Shown piece by piece: positions 49,761 through 62,704 of a stretch of 64,000 bases of DNA. This stretch comes from Dipteris shenzhenensis (Eukaryota). Where the stretch lies: the NCBI GenBank assembly GCA_047967505.1, contig CM106538.1. The stretch is one strand, 5' to 3'. The stretch's first letter is position 1, and each line of letters begins with the position of its first letter. A program made the translations under genes and the position numbers. The notes under the pieces were generated by a model that was given only the letters and a program-made list of their open reading frames with translations, had not been told where the DNA came from and ran no database searches.

Positions 49761-51120
49761 GGGCCAGCAGACCCTCTCTATACTAGAGAGGATTTGCTGG
49801 GGGAGGAAAGATGTGATGCCAAAAATTGATATTTTTAATTTGGCATTGGTATTGTTTTTCTCTATGTTTGATAAGAGTTTGAGTATCAAGTGATAGCCTA
49901 GCAGCTCTCACTTATTTCTATTTTCTATGATATTGTATGGGATGGAGAGGATGAGTGGAAGGGCTCATTGTAAATACCATAGGTATGAATTATAAATACC
50001 TTGGTATGGGGTGAGAGTTATTTGTGTATGGGATATTACGGAGTTTTTTAGAAAATAGGAAGAGTGAGTCATATAAAGAGGTGGGCTCATGTCCATGTGT
50101 TCCAATAATATAAGAGAGGCCACATGCCAAGTGTGTGGAAGGCATGTGGAGGAGTGTGAAGTCAAGAGGAATTCTTCTAAAACTCCTATGTGGAATAAGG
50201 AGGATGTGGACATGTGGAAAAGAGAGGGTCCCTATGGGCTCCATGTGAGGAGACTCTTGACTTTCTCAATATTTTAAGAGTCTTGAGCATCTTTTGATGG
50301 GACACATGGCAAGAGTAGCCAAAAAAAACATGGATAGTGACATACGTGCTTATGTGATTGATGGGGAAAGGAATCTACACGCAACAATTGTAAATGGGTG
50401 AAGGAGGATAACAAAATCTCTATAAAAGGAGCCCTCCTCTCCCTTGTTCATCAATCTCTTCCACCATTAGGCCTCATGTTGCTGTAGATCTAGTCTCCCC
50501 AAGCCTCTTCCATGAGCCTTCTCTCCCTCTTGTAGATATTCTCTTATGTAGACTCTTGAGTCCATCTCTCTCTAGTTTATTCTCTCTCTATGAGTAGTCT
50601 TCGAGCTTTCGCTCCCTCTTGTATGTATGAAAGCTCTTCTTCTCCCTTGTGCTTATAGTGTTGGAGTGGATTCTCACTCTATTTGTAATGAAGGTCACTT
50701 CAGGTTCTCTCTCTCTTGAGTGTCTCTTCCCTTTTCTTTCTTTCAAAGCCTTAAAAGTTCTTTCTATTCGGCTGCTCACTGTGCACACATGGTCCATCTG
50801 TTTCCCGAGCCACTATGCAAACTTCTTCCCCTCTTCTAGGCAAAATCTATGAGGGGTGGATCGTTGATGAAGGTGGAGTCTTGAGGGAGCATCCTGCTCA
50901 GGCGAAATTAGCCTGGGTGGAGGGTAGTTTTCATGACAGTTTGACCCCCTATTAGCATTTTGCTCATAACTTTCTGCTCGGTAGTCCGATTGTAATGAAA
51001 TTTATATCAACGCGAAGCTCTCTTTGAGAACATGTTTGTATGTGATCAAATCTTGAATTAGATACTGCTACAAAAAGTTATGATTCTCTGTCTGATAGTC
51101 TATTTTCATGATAGTTTTTA

Positions 51121-51568
51121 CCCCAAGGGATTCACAGGGGGAAACTTATGATATCACGTGAGTGTACAATAGGGGTTTTTTTGAAATGAGGCATAAGCTT
51201 ATACATTAGGGGTGGGGGCCCTTTTTTTTTCCCCAATATTGAATTTAAGCTAGGGGGACCATGTCATATTTAAGAAGGGGGGACATAATATAGGTTACCT
51301 TGGGTAACTAGTCCAAGCAAGTTTGATTTTGTGTATGGTTTTAAATAGTCGTAGGGAAAGTAACCTAAATTTGCTTATTGTGTAATCTAAATGCTTGAGA
51401 GAGAATGTAGATTTAAGTAAAGGGGGGGACATAATGGAATTTTGGTGGTATCTTATAAGCTTAAATAGGGGTGTTTTATCATCCTACGTGGATCTTAAAT
51501 AGGGGGTTTTATTGAAGTTCATGCACGCAGGTGACGTCCCCCTTTAATGAAGAGTGAATACTTTGGGG
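51121..51568. mobile_element. MITE family 1, copy 2, in the gypsy 3' LTR (TSD TTTTTA)
   Basis: Ends CCCCAAGGGATTCAC and GTGAATACTTTGGGG; the empty site GATAGTTTTTACCCCCG is visible in the 5' LTR near 41304. Confidence 0.93.
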
Positions 51569-52336
51569 TTTTTACCCCCGTCTAGTAAACTGTCCATAAC
51601 TTTTTGGCTGCTTCTCTATTTCTTATGAAACATATATCAGTGGGAAGCTCTCTTTAAGGCACATGTCTCTAGGTGCTTAGATCTTGAATCAGATACTACT
51701 GCAAAATGTTATGAGTCTCTGTGTCTGACAGTCTATTTTCATGACAGTTTTTACTCCCTTCCAGTAAACTATCCATATCTCTTCAACTGTCTATCTATTT
51801 TCAATGAAACTTATATCAACACGAAGCCCATCTCACGTGCATCTCTTTGTTTGATTGAATCTCTGATATCATGTCTCTACTAAAATTTATAGGCCTTTGT
51901 GTCTAATGATAGTTTGTAGAGTATTTTGAGCTAAGTGTAAAGGTGTCTATGAAGGAGGTGCAATGTTTCCTCGGAATCTACCCATCCGACCTAATCAACC
52001 CCCTCAAACTCCTCGATATATATCAGTTCATGTCATGTTGAGTCGCAAGATCTTCTTTCAACAACGTATCGCTCTTCTCTTTGGCACAGACCGGCTCATT
52101 GAGATTATGGCCTCTATTGATCCTTTTCTTCTCCCTATGCTTGATTACAACATCACTTGGGATGTTACCATATTCATTCTCATCTGAGGGAGGAAAGTAT
52201 GGTGTGGTATCTTGGCATAAAAGCTTCTTTCTAATGTCCCATTCTCAATGATAAATATCTTTGGCAGTCAGTTCAAAAGCAGTAGGAAGTAAAGAGGTGT
52301 GTGAAGTTTACTACCCCCAACTTTATGTCACACCGT

Positions 52337-54211
52337 GTTACATGCTTCAGCCCAGAAAGTCTTTGGCAAATCTTTCCCTTTCATCATACTCCTGCCCATT
52401 TCACAGATGATGTGCATCTTGCGTTCTGCTACTCCATTTTGTTGTGATGTATGTGGTGGGGGTTTCTGCCTCTTGATCCCGTGACTTTTGCAGTAACTTT
52501 TGAATTCATTTGATGTGAACTCTCCACCTTTGTCTGATCTCAACTTCTTCACCTTCCTCCCCGATTCTTTTTTGACCATTACATGTCATTCCTTGAACTT
52601 ACTAAAAGCCTCGTCTTTAGTCTTCAGGAAGTATATCCATATCCTTCTACTGTAGTCATCGATCAGCATCCTGAAGTAGTAGGAACCACCCAAAGCTTCC
52701 ATCTCCATCTTTCCATAGAGGTCCCTGTGGACGAGCTCTAGAGGAGCCTTTGCCCTGCTGGCCTCTTTAGGAAAGGGATGCCGATGCTACTTGCCCATCA
52801 TGCAAGCTTCACATACATCGAGCAGATCTGCAATTTCTGGTAGGTCTGCAATCATTCCACTTTTATGCATCTCCTTTAAAGAACTAAGGTTTAGATGACC
52901 AAACCTCTCATGCCACAGCTTAGTGTTCTTCACATCTGCTCGAGCACTGAAAGCTGAGAGTTCATAGATGTTGCGCTGTGTACCTTTACCAATGACCTTC
53001 CCTTGAAGATCCAAAATCTGTGCACCATTCTTATCGAATTGAACTTTGAGGTCCCAATCCGTGATCGCAGAAATGGACAATAAGTTCCTCTTGATATCTG
53101 GCACATAAAGAACATCGGACAACTGTTTTACAACTCCATCTGACTTGAGAGCAATCGTACCTTTTCCTTTTGCTAGACATTTTGCATCATTGTTGACTAC
53201 TACCAGGATGTCATTCTCTATCGGATGTAGAGAGGTATACCAATCGTTGCGACTGGTCATGTGGCATGATGCACCACTGTGAATGATCCAAGGTTCATCT
53301 GCAGGTACATGAACTGCCTCCGTGCAAATCTCCTCAATTGCTATGAACAGCTCTACTGGTACTGTGCCTGTGCGTTGTTGCTGGACTCTTTCTTTACTCC
53401 GTTCTTCTCATCTACAATCTTCTTTCGGCACTCATTCTGCTTGCCCTGCCTTGTTGCAATAGAAGCACTTAATCTTCTTCTTTCTCTTTTTATCATCAGA
53501 AGAAGATGGGTTACCAGAATCCTTACCCTTACCTTTCTTTGATCCAGCATAGAAAGCTGAATCTTCCCCAGTCCTCGTCTTTTGACGCATCTCCTCCTCC
53601 AGAAGCATTGTGCTGAAATCCTCAAAGTTGAGGGGCGGATTTTTGTTCTGTGTATTTAGCGTCATAACAAGACCATCGTACTTTGGTGGGAGAATTCGTA
53701 TGCACCTCCATGCTAGATTCTTGCTGGTGATGGTGATGCCAATCGCAGTCATTTGATCGCGCAGATTCTTTGACACCCTGGTGATGAACTTCTCTGCCAT
53801 TTCAGACTCAGATAGTTTCTCGTTCGCGAGTTGAGTCTCCAGATTCTGAATCAGTGTCTGATTCGTGGTCTCGTACTGATTTTTCAAGACCATCCATGCC
53901 TCCTCCGCTGTGGTGACATGTTGAATTAACGCCATGATGGAATCACTTACACTGCAAACAATAGATCACAACGCATGTGCATTTCTTCTTGTCCACACGA
54001 GAATCTCATCCGCATTTGGTACTATCTGTTGTGCTACATTGGCCGGATTCGGTCTCAGGATCGGCTTCATGTCCACCCTAGTAGCAATGTCCCAAAGCTC
54101 GTATGCACTTAGGATGGTCTTCATCTTGAACTTCCAGAGTGGATAGTTAGTGCCGTCTGACTTTCCACTTTTACCAAACGGTGGGATTCGTAGTCTTGTG
54201 GGCTGGGCCAT
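52337..54211 (-). pseudogene. gag-pol: copia family C gag, protease and integrase N-terminus (continuation of 38437-40292)
   Basis: DGTNYPLWKFKM, CFYCNKAG, WHERFGHLN...CEACMMGK, LRSDKGGEF, QQNGVAER. Confidence 0.92.
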
Positions 54212-54231
54212 CTCTCACAATCCGCTCACAA

Positions 54232-55270
54232 TCTCATGCCAGCTTTTAAATGCCTACAACTCCTGTTGATTGGGAACATTAGGAATAACTGGTTCTTGTT
54301 CAGCTCCAATAATGAACTCCCAATAGCCTTTTCCCTTAAGGAAATTCGTCATTCTAAACTTCCATGCTGGGAAGTTGTTCTTGTCAAGCTTTTGAGTGAC
54401 TATCTATGAAAGAGCATCAGATGCCATTACAGAACACTGCAAAATATTCTGTCACTGCAAAAAACACAGCTTTTGTCTCACAAGGGCAAATCTGCAAACC
54501 TGATGAAAGTGGTATTTGACCACACAATCACTTCCTAGTGATGATTTTGCATCAACAGGCAATAAGAATGATTCTATCACTCCCAATATCTCTGCGCATA
54601 GGCATACAACGCAATTTTTGTGGCAACTTTTCACCGACCTGCAGAACAGTGGTCACACAGCAAAAACATGGCACTTTCCTGGGTGCCTACAGAAAACTTC
54701 CGCTACCAAAATGGGCCCCATAGCATATACTGCCCTCTTGCCACACCGTGAAGGGCATCCCAATCTAAGACAGTGTACTCTTGCACTTTTCGGTTCTGCT
54801 ACCTATAGATATTTGCTCCCAAACTCGAAAAAGGAAAGCAACACTGATCCTCTTACCAAGACATTGCAAACTTGGTTTGCTTTCTTGAGCTCCTTACCAT
54901 GAACCGAGCTCTGATACCATGTGAGGAGAGTAGGAGAGAGGTAAGGAGTCTTACTTGCAGCTTTCTCACATACACAATGGGGGAATACGCACAAAAGTGG
55001 AGGTTGAAAACAATTTCTTAGTTGTGAAAGCCAAAAGAACTCTCTCATTGTACAAAAGGAATAGATGAACCCTATATGTGGGTCTCAAACCAAACTCAAC
55101 TAACCTAGGTGGCATACTAACTGAGCCACTAACTAGAGTACATAAAGATAGCTATCATCCAGCTAATATTCATGGGTGGTGTACCAACTACATCTGCAGC
55201 TAACAAGTCAGTGACATAAATGCACAACGGTCACCTTGGCATATCACGAGTGGAGCTCGATATCTCAACA
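54232..55270 (-). mobile_element. copia family D 5' end: LTR 54920-55270, PBS 54908-54919, UTR and gag start
   Basis: Reverse complement of LTR 62364-62704 and of 58025-58335; perfect TGGTATCAGAGC PBS. Confidence 0.92.
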
Positions 55271-56698
55271 CATATAGCTCGGGACAACCATGAAAGACGT
55301 ATGTCATCCCACACAAACACATCGTCACACACTGGATGCCATGCTCTTGAATGTCTGGTGCTCCAATGCTACTCATCATCATTTCCCAAAAATCCCCATA
55401 GAAGTATCTACCATCTCAAGAAAATATCTACATCAGTGTAGAGTCTTTATGAGAGTGTCCATAGCTCAAAGCCACCACCAACTAGCTATGTACATAGCTA
55501 TGCACCTACCCATCAGCATGCAACAAGTGAAAAACATTTTTACTTTTTTATCCACACATCGGGACCACACACTGGGACCAATGGGCTCTGACATCTCCCA
55601 TCAACACTCTAGTGCCTAGCACCCGGTGATCAGCACCCAGTAAAGGCTCCCCTACACGAAACAAACAATGCCATATGCTGGCTCACCTCCATCGACAACA
55701 GCCTCTCCAGCAAAGAGCCTATCCGTCCACCAATGCATGCATCACCGATGGCTCAGTCTCGTGTAGATGACTAGCACAAACAGAATCTTGTGAAGATTCT
55801 GATGCATCTTGTGAAGATTTTGACAAATCTGTGAAGATTCCAACGCTTGGACCATAGGCGTGGAGTCTTATCCACTTGCCACATCATCAAGCACCTTGAT
55901 GTGCACTGTGTACCTAACTTATCCTCTACCACGTCATCCAAGGTGCTACCACGTCACCAATCTATTTCCCAACTGTCACCACTGACACGTGAGCATGCCA
56001 CATCATCTGCCATGGTGGCAACCATGTTAGCACTACCAGCTCATCAACCACGTCATCATGCCATGTCAGCACTACCAGCTCATCAGCCACATCACCAAAT
56101 TACCACGTCATCATTGACACATCATCTACTGTGTCATCAATGACATCACCTACCACGCCATCTGTGCCACATCATCATTACCACGTGGTAGTCTGACCCC
56201 TTGCTAACATCAACAGACCATGTTTAGGTGAACTTGACCTTGGGTTAGGTCAACCAGTGCCACATCAATAGCACAATCATCACACTGACCTCTGCAGGCA
56301 CACACAGTGCTCCACAGGCACTTCATGTGACCACTCCTACCACCTCATCACTGCTTCATAGGCACACCTCTTGCTAGTAGCCATAGTGCCACATCATCAC
56401 TGCATGTGACCCCCAGTGACATCATCATTGAGCACCATTTGCACTCCTTTTGCCCCTCCACCTAAATCAAGTCGTATCTCTTGATCCAGGAAGAATTTGA
56501 GGGCACTCCGAAAAGGAAAGTTGCTCAATTTTTTGTGCTCTACACGCTTGTCACATTATGTGCACACTTTGATGCAAGTTACACTCACATTTGAGACTCA
56601 CCGACAAAACCACTTCCTTCATGTACATTTGCCTCTACATCAACGCATCTGACCCAACACTTAAAAAGAACAAAAGAAAAGGAATTAATTGTTGTTCT

Positions 56699-58005
56699 TA
56701 TTAGATATGCTCAATGCCCCACCCTCCTGGTAACCACCAGTGGTCCAAGGTGCTCAAGTTGTAAGGCCCCCATATGAGGAGAAGCCATGTGTGAGCCCAG
56801 GACACTAGATGGATCCTGACCTGCATGTCAGATGAGGTCTATCAATGAGACTGTTGATGGTAGAAAGGTGATTGTGTGGGAGCCCCTTATTCTTACTAGG
56901 GCCTAGGGGCCAGCAGCCCCACTAGTGGGGGCTCGGGGGCAGGAGACCCCGAGGCAACAGTATAGGGAATATTCCTTGAATATTCCATGGACGACTGGTT
57001 GGTTCCACCAACTAGGTTGACTGGTCGGCTTCATCAACTAGATTGATCGGTCGGTTCCACCAACTATGTTGATTTGGCTACCTGCCCTCATAGCTATAGA
57101 GAGGCCTCAAAGAGGTGACCTCCCCAGTCCATTATATCAGATCAGTTCAGATTAGATCAGATCTTTCAGCTAGTAGCTCTTCACCTAGTATCTGTCTACA
57201 TCTCCATCTAAGCTCCATTGTGGGAGAAGATTGGTGGATGGAGCCATCATCTGTACTACATCAGTATTGAAGGAAAATTTTATTCATCTCCAGTTTGTTG
57301 TGTACTCTCTATTCTGTGTTCAGTTTTTATTTTGCTATGCCATGTAATTTAACATGGTATCACAACCCAGGCGGCTCTAAGGATTAAAGCATAGAAGAGA
57401 GAAGAGGGCTTCAACAGCATACGGAATGATGGCAACAAGAAGCAGCTCGAGTTCAGCAACTACTACTACACCAACAATCCAGGCATTGAGGATTCGCCCA
57501 CCAGCCTTCACTTAAGGCAAGCTAGACGGTATGAACTACACTCTGTGGAAGTTTAAAATTACTGTTATTCTAGATTCATATGAGCTTCTAGAGACAGTAT
57601 TAGGGACTGACCCAGAACCACAAGGAACCCCTGACCCAGTAAATCCGGGGAGTACGATACCTCCTAATGCTGACCTTCTATGAGCTTGGAAACATAGGAG
57701 CGGAGATGCTCTGTGTGCCCTAGTTACAAGTACTATTGATAGTGTTTTGACCTTGATTCAGCATACATCTAAGGAAACCGTAGCCTGCAACATATTGAAG
57801 AGTCAGTATGAGACGCGAAATCAGACAAGGATCTAGAACTTGGAGAATCAACTCGCAACTGAGAAGTTTAATGAAGGAGAGATAGCGGAGCCGTTCATGA
57901 CCCGAATCAAAAATCTGCATGACCAGATGGCTGGTGCTAGGATACAAAAAACTAGCAAAGAGCTAGCTCTGCAGTGTCTCTGGATATGTCCACCAAGGTT
58001 GGATG
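56699..58005 (+). mobile_element. copia family C-related 5' end: LTR about 56699-57354, degenerate PBS, gag N-terminus
   Basis: LTR start resembles 38070; TGGTATCAC at 57355; KLDGMNYTLWKFK and QYETRNQTRI are similar to 53432-54211. Confidence 0.85.
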
Positions 58006-58024
58006 AGCTAGAAACTAGAAATAC

Positions 58025-61000
58025 CACTAGAAGTGACTGTGTGGTCAAATACCACTCTCGTCAGTTTTGCAGATTTGCCCTTGTGAGGCAGAAGTTGTGT
58101 TTTTTTGCAGTGACAGAATATTTTGCAGTGTTTCATAATGGCATCTGATGCTCTTTCATAGATTGTCACTGAAAAGCTTGACAAGAACAACTTCCAAGCA
58201 TGGAAGTTTAGAATAACGAATTTCCTTAAGGGAAAAGGCTATTGGGAGTTCATTACTGGAGCTGAACAAGAACCAATTATTCCGACTGTTCCCAATCAAT
58301 AAGAGTTGCGTGCATTTAAAGACTGGCATGAGAGAGCCGAAAAAGTTATGTTCTAGCTGTCTATCAGTATTTCAGATTCTATGATTGTCCATATTCAAGA
58401 TGCAAGCACGTCGAAGGAGGTGTGGGATACTTTGACAAAAATGTATAGCACAAATATGCAAGCCAGGAAAACGCAGCTCAAGAAAGAGTTGCATAATGTG
58501 GAGAGAGAAAATATGAGCATCAATGACTACCACATGAAGGTGAAGAAGATTCCAGATGCACTTGCTTCTATTGGGTTGCCAGTGGAAGATGATGATCTCG
58601 TTTCTATGACCTTGAATGGTCTAGGAAAGAATTATGCACAATTCCAGACATCCATTTACATCTGTGAGAATTTTCCTGATTTTGAGGAGTTGATTGCTCT
58701 TCTAATTTCTGAAGAGCAGAGAAATGGTGGTGCATCTTCTTCAAGAGGAACTTCAAATGAAGTGGTCTTCTACTCAAATGCTGGAAGAGGTAGAGGTAGA
58801 GGTAGAGCAGGCCAATTTGGAGGCCATGGCAGAAATCAGAATATGCAGCAAATTCAAGAAAACCAGTCCTATGGAGGAGGACATGGTAACTTTAGAGGTA
58901 GGGGGAGCCAAAGAGGTCGTGGTGGATGGCACAGAGGCCAAAATGCAAACAACAATGTTGAATGCTACTACCATGGTAAAATGGGTCATATGGTTAAAGA
59001 CTGCTATAAAAAGTAGAATGACATCATGACTGGAAAATTGCAGCAAGGCAATTATGCATCCTATAGTAGACAGGGTGATGACAAAAATGAGCATTTGTTT
59101 ATGGTGCAGCACATGACCAATTCTATGACAAGTGCTAAAGAAAGCAATGATGTGTGGTATGTTGACTCAGGTGCATCAAACCACATGACAGGTCATGCAG
59201 AATGGATGTAGGATGCAAGGAAAATGGAAAGAACAGGATTTGTGGAGACTAGTGATGGTACTACACATCCTATTATGCATATTGGTAAAATTCCTTTGTC
59301 TATGCAGGATGGAAAAAAGAAATACCTGTCTGATGTATTTCATGTCCCGAATATCACCAAGAACCTGGTTTTTGTTGGTCAAATGGTTGAGCAGAGCTTG
59401 CAGGTCAGATTTAATCCTCATGGATGCTTTGTTGAGGATATGAAAAATAAAGGTCGCTTGATAGCAAAAGGGAAGAAGAAGGGCAGGATGTTTACGTTGG
59501 ATGCAGACATGCCTGAATTGAGTGCAGCAATGTTTACACATGGGACCAGTGTAGTTTGAGATAGTGATATCTAGCATAAATGCATTGGTCATGTTAATGT
59601 ACAATGACTTAAATTAATGCAAGCCCAAAATATTATTGCAGGATTGCCTAAGTTCAAGGTTGCAGAAATGCATAAGGTATGTGAAGCCTGTCAATTTGGA
59701 AAACAGGCAAGGAAACCATTTCCTAGACATGTTCAAGAGAGTAAGAGGCCATTGGAATTAATCCACTCTAATGTGTGGACTACTAAAGCTGCATCTAGTG
59801 GAGGCTGTCATTATTTTGTCACTTTTATTGATGACTACAGCAGAAAAGTTTGGGTGTATTTTATGAAAAAGAAAAGTGAAGTATTTGGGCATTTCAAAGC
59901 TTTTAAAGCTACGGTTGAAAAAGAAACAGGCCTACAAATAAAATGCCTAAGGTTAGATGGAGGGGGAGAGTACCTGTCAAGTGAGTTTGCAATTTTCCTG
60001 CAAGAGCATGGCATAAAGCAACAATATTCATGCAGTCATACCCCACAACAAAATGGACTTGCGAAAAGGAAAAACAGGCATATTGGAGAGGTATCTCGTG
60101 CCATGCTCAACGAAAAAGTCTTGCCATATTATTATTGGGTTGAAGCAGTTGCTACAGCAGTCTACATAATGAAAGTTTTTTGTTGCATTGCCTATGTTCA
60201 TGTGCCAGATGAGTTGGGATCCAATTTTGGATCCAAAAGCTGAGAAGTGCATCTTTATTGATTATTCTCTACAGTAGAAAGGGTATAGATGCTATAACCC
60301 TTCTACTCGTAAGTTTACAGTGAGCAAAGATGTTGTTTTTGATGAGATGAACAGTTGGTATAAACCAGTAAATGTGATTGATGATGTAGATGCACAAAAT
60401 GTTAATGCTGCACATAATTCACAGCAGCAATCACAAAATATTAGTGGACCTGTAGTGTCCTCTAGTAGTGGTTCACATACTTCGCCATAAACAGGAAGAT
60501 CTATTGAGATCAGGAGGATCTCCTCAAAGTAATGCAAATAGTGGTATGCAAGTATCACGAAAAGGAAAAGAGAAAGTAGATCAGCCCATGGTTGATGTGA
60601 ATGCAGGTCAATATTATGTGGATGGTGAATCTAGTGGCTCAGAACAGAGCCTTGATGATGAGTTTGTTATTCCTTCTATTATTACACTTGGAGTAAGGAA
60701 GACAAAGGATGTTTTGAGAGCACCTAGTATTGAGCCTATTTTGCGTAGGTCTACCAGAGCTAGGTATCCTACGGATAGGCTGAAATATGATGGATTTACA
60801 ACCATTCACTATGCCTATATGGTCAAAGTGATACAAGAACCAGAACCCACTTCTTTTGAGCAAGCCATGGAAAAAGAGAAATGGGACAAAGCCATGGATG
60901 AAGAAATGGATGCCTTGGAAGAAAATGCTACATGGGAATTGGTGCCTTTTCCTAAAGACAAGAATGCAATTGGCTGCAAGTGGGTTTATAAGGTGAAGCA

Positions 61001-62704
61001 CAATGCAGATGGTTCTATGAGTAGATACAAGGCAAGATTAGTTGTCAAGGGGTATGCACAGAAATATGGCATTGATTATGAAGAAACATTCAGTCCGGTT
61101 GCAAGGATGGCAACCGTAAAAGCAGTCATTGCTATGGCTGCATCAAAGGGATGGTCTTTACATCAGATAGATGTAAAGAATGCTTTCTTACATGGTGATT
61201 TGCAAGAAGAGGTCTATATAGAGCAGCCACTAGGTTATGTTCATGCTATTCATCCTGAGTTTGTTTGCAAGTTGAAGAAAGCCTTGTATGGCTTGAAACA
61301 AGAACCCAGAGCATGGTTTGACAAGATAGGATAGTATCTTGTCACTATTGGCTTTCATATTTTCAAGGCAGATTTCTCACTTTATGTGAGAAAAATAGAG
61401 AAAGGCATTATGCTACTTGGCATTTATGTTGATGATTTGATCATCGCAGGTGATAGTGATAAAGATATCCTTCATGTGAAAATGCTATTGAAGCAAAAGT
61501 TTGAGATGAAGGATTTGGGAGAGCTGTGTTACTTCTTGGGCATTAACATGGCTCTTACAGAGGCAGTATGGATTGGACATGCTGTCCAAATATGGGATGA
61601 TAGGCTATAAGCCTATTTCAGTTCCTTTGGAGTAGAATGTGAAGTTGAGCGCAAATGCAGGTGAGCTTCTGGAAGACCCTACTATGTACAGACGCATAGT
61701 AGGAAGTTTGATTTATATGACTATTACCAGGCCAGATTTGAGCTATGCTATTGGGTTGGTAAGTCAGTTTATGCATGCTCCAAGGAAACCGCATTTGGAT
61801 GTGGCTAGACGGATACTGAGGTATGTTAAGTCCACATTGCAGTATGGATTATTTTATGAGACTGGTGTTCATATACAGTTGCATGGATACACTGATGCTG
61901 ATTGGGTTGGTAGTATTTCTAATAGACGATCTACAAGTGGATATATGTTCTCTTTTGGGAGTGCTGCTGTCACTTGGAGCACCAAGAAATAGCCTACAGT
62001 TGCCTTGTTGAGCACAGAGGCTGAGTACAAGGGTGCAGCAATGGTTGCATGTGAGGCAGCTTGGTTGCATAAGGTACTTTATGATATGCATCAGTCTATA
62101 GATGGGCTAGTTGTCATTTATTATGACAACATGAGCAGTATACACTTAGCAAATAACCCAGTCTATCATGCTCGAACAAAGCACACTGAGGTGCATTATC
62201 GCTATGTGTGGGAGAAGGCTCTAGTAGGTTTTATGGATCTAGTTTATGTCATCACAGAGGATCAGGTAGATGACATATTCACAAAGGCATTGGGTGCACA
62301 GAAGCTGCGCAAGTTCATAGACCTGCTTAATGTGCAAGAATTGGGATTGAGCTCGAGGGGGAGTGTTGAGATATCAAGCTCCACTCTGATATGCCATGGT
62401 GATCATTGTGCATTTATGTCACCAACTTGTTAGCTGCAGATGCAGTTGGTACACCACCCATGGATGACAACTATCTTTATGTACTCTAGTTAGTGGCTCA
62501 GTTAGTATGCCACCTTAGTTAGCTGAGCTTGGTTTGAGACCCACATATAGGGTTCACCTATTCTTTTGTACTTAGAGTTCTTTTGGCTTTCACAACTAAG
62601 AAGAGGAAAACTATTTTCAACCTCCACCTTTATGTATATTCCCCCATTGTGTATGTGAGAAAGCTACAAGTGAGACTCCTTCCTTCTCTCCCACTCTCTT
62701 CACA
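58025..62704 (+). mobile_element. gag-pol: copia family D lacking its 5' LTR: decayed gag-pol (58138-62360), PPT, 3' LTR 62364-62704
   Basis: [78 protein letters not shown]...CA LTR. Confidence 0.93.

Larger units (their letters stand above)
40293..52332 (+). mobile_element. Ty3/gypsy LTR retrotransposon (Tat-like, dual RNase H) inserted in the copia C integrase
   Basis: LTRs at 40293-42073 and 49812-52332 (TGTGA...TCACA); TSD CCGT; PBS TGGTGGAGACGCCGGG at 42079-42094; PPT GGGGAGGAAAGA before 49812; removing it restores copia EACNTAVYILN. Confidence 0.95.

Noticed and set aside
51121-51568. piggyBac-type MITE (CCC...GGG ends)
   Set aside because: The empty-site comparison shows a TTTTTA duplication, not TTAA.
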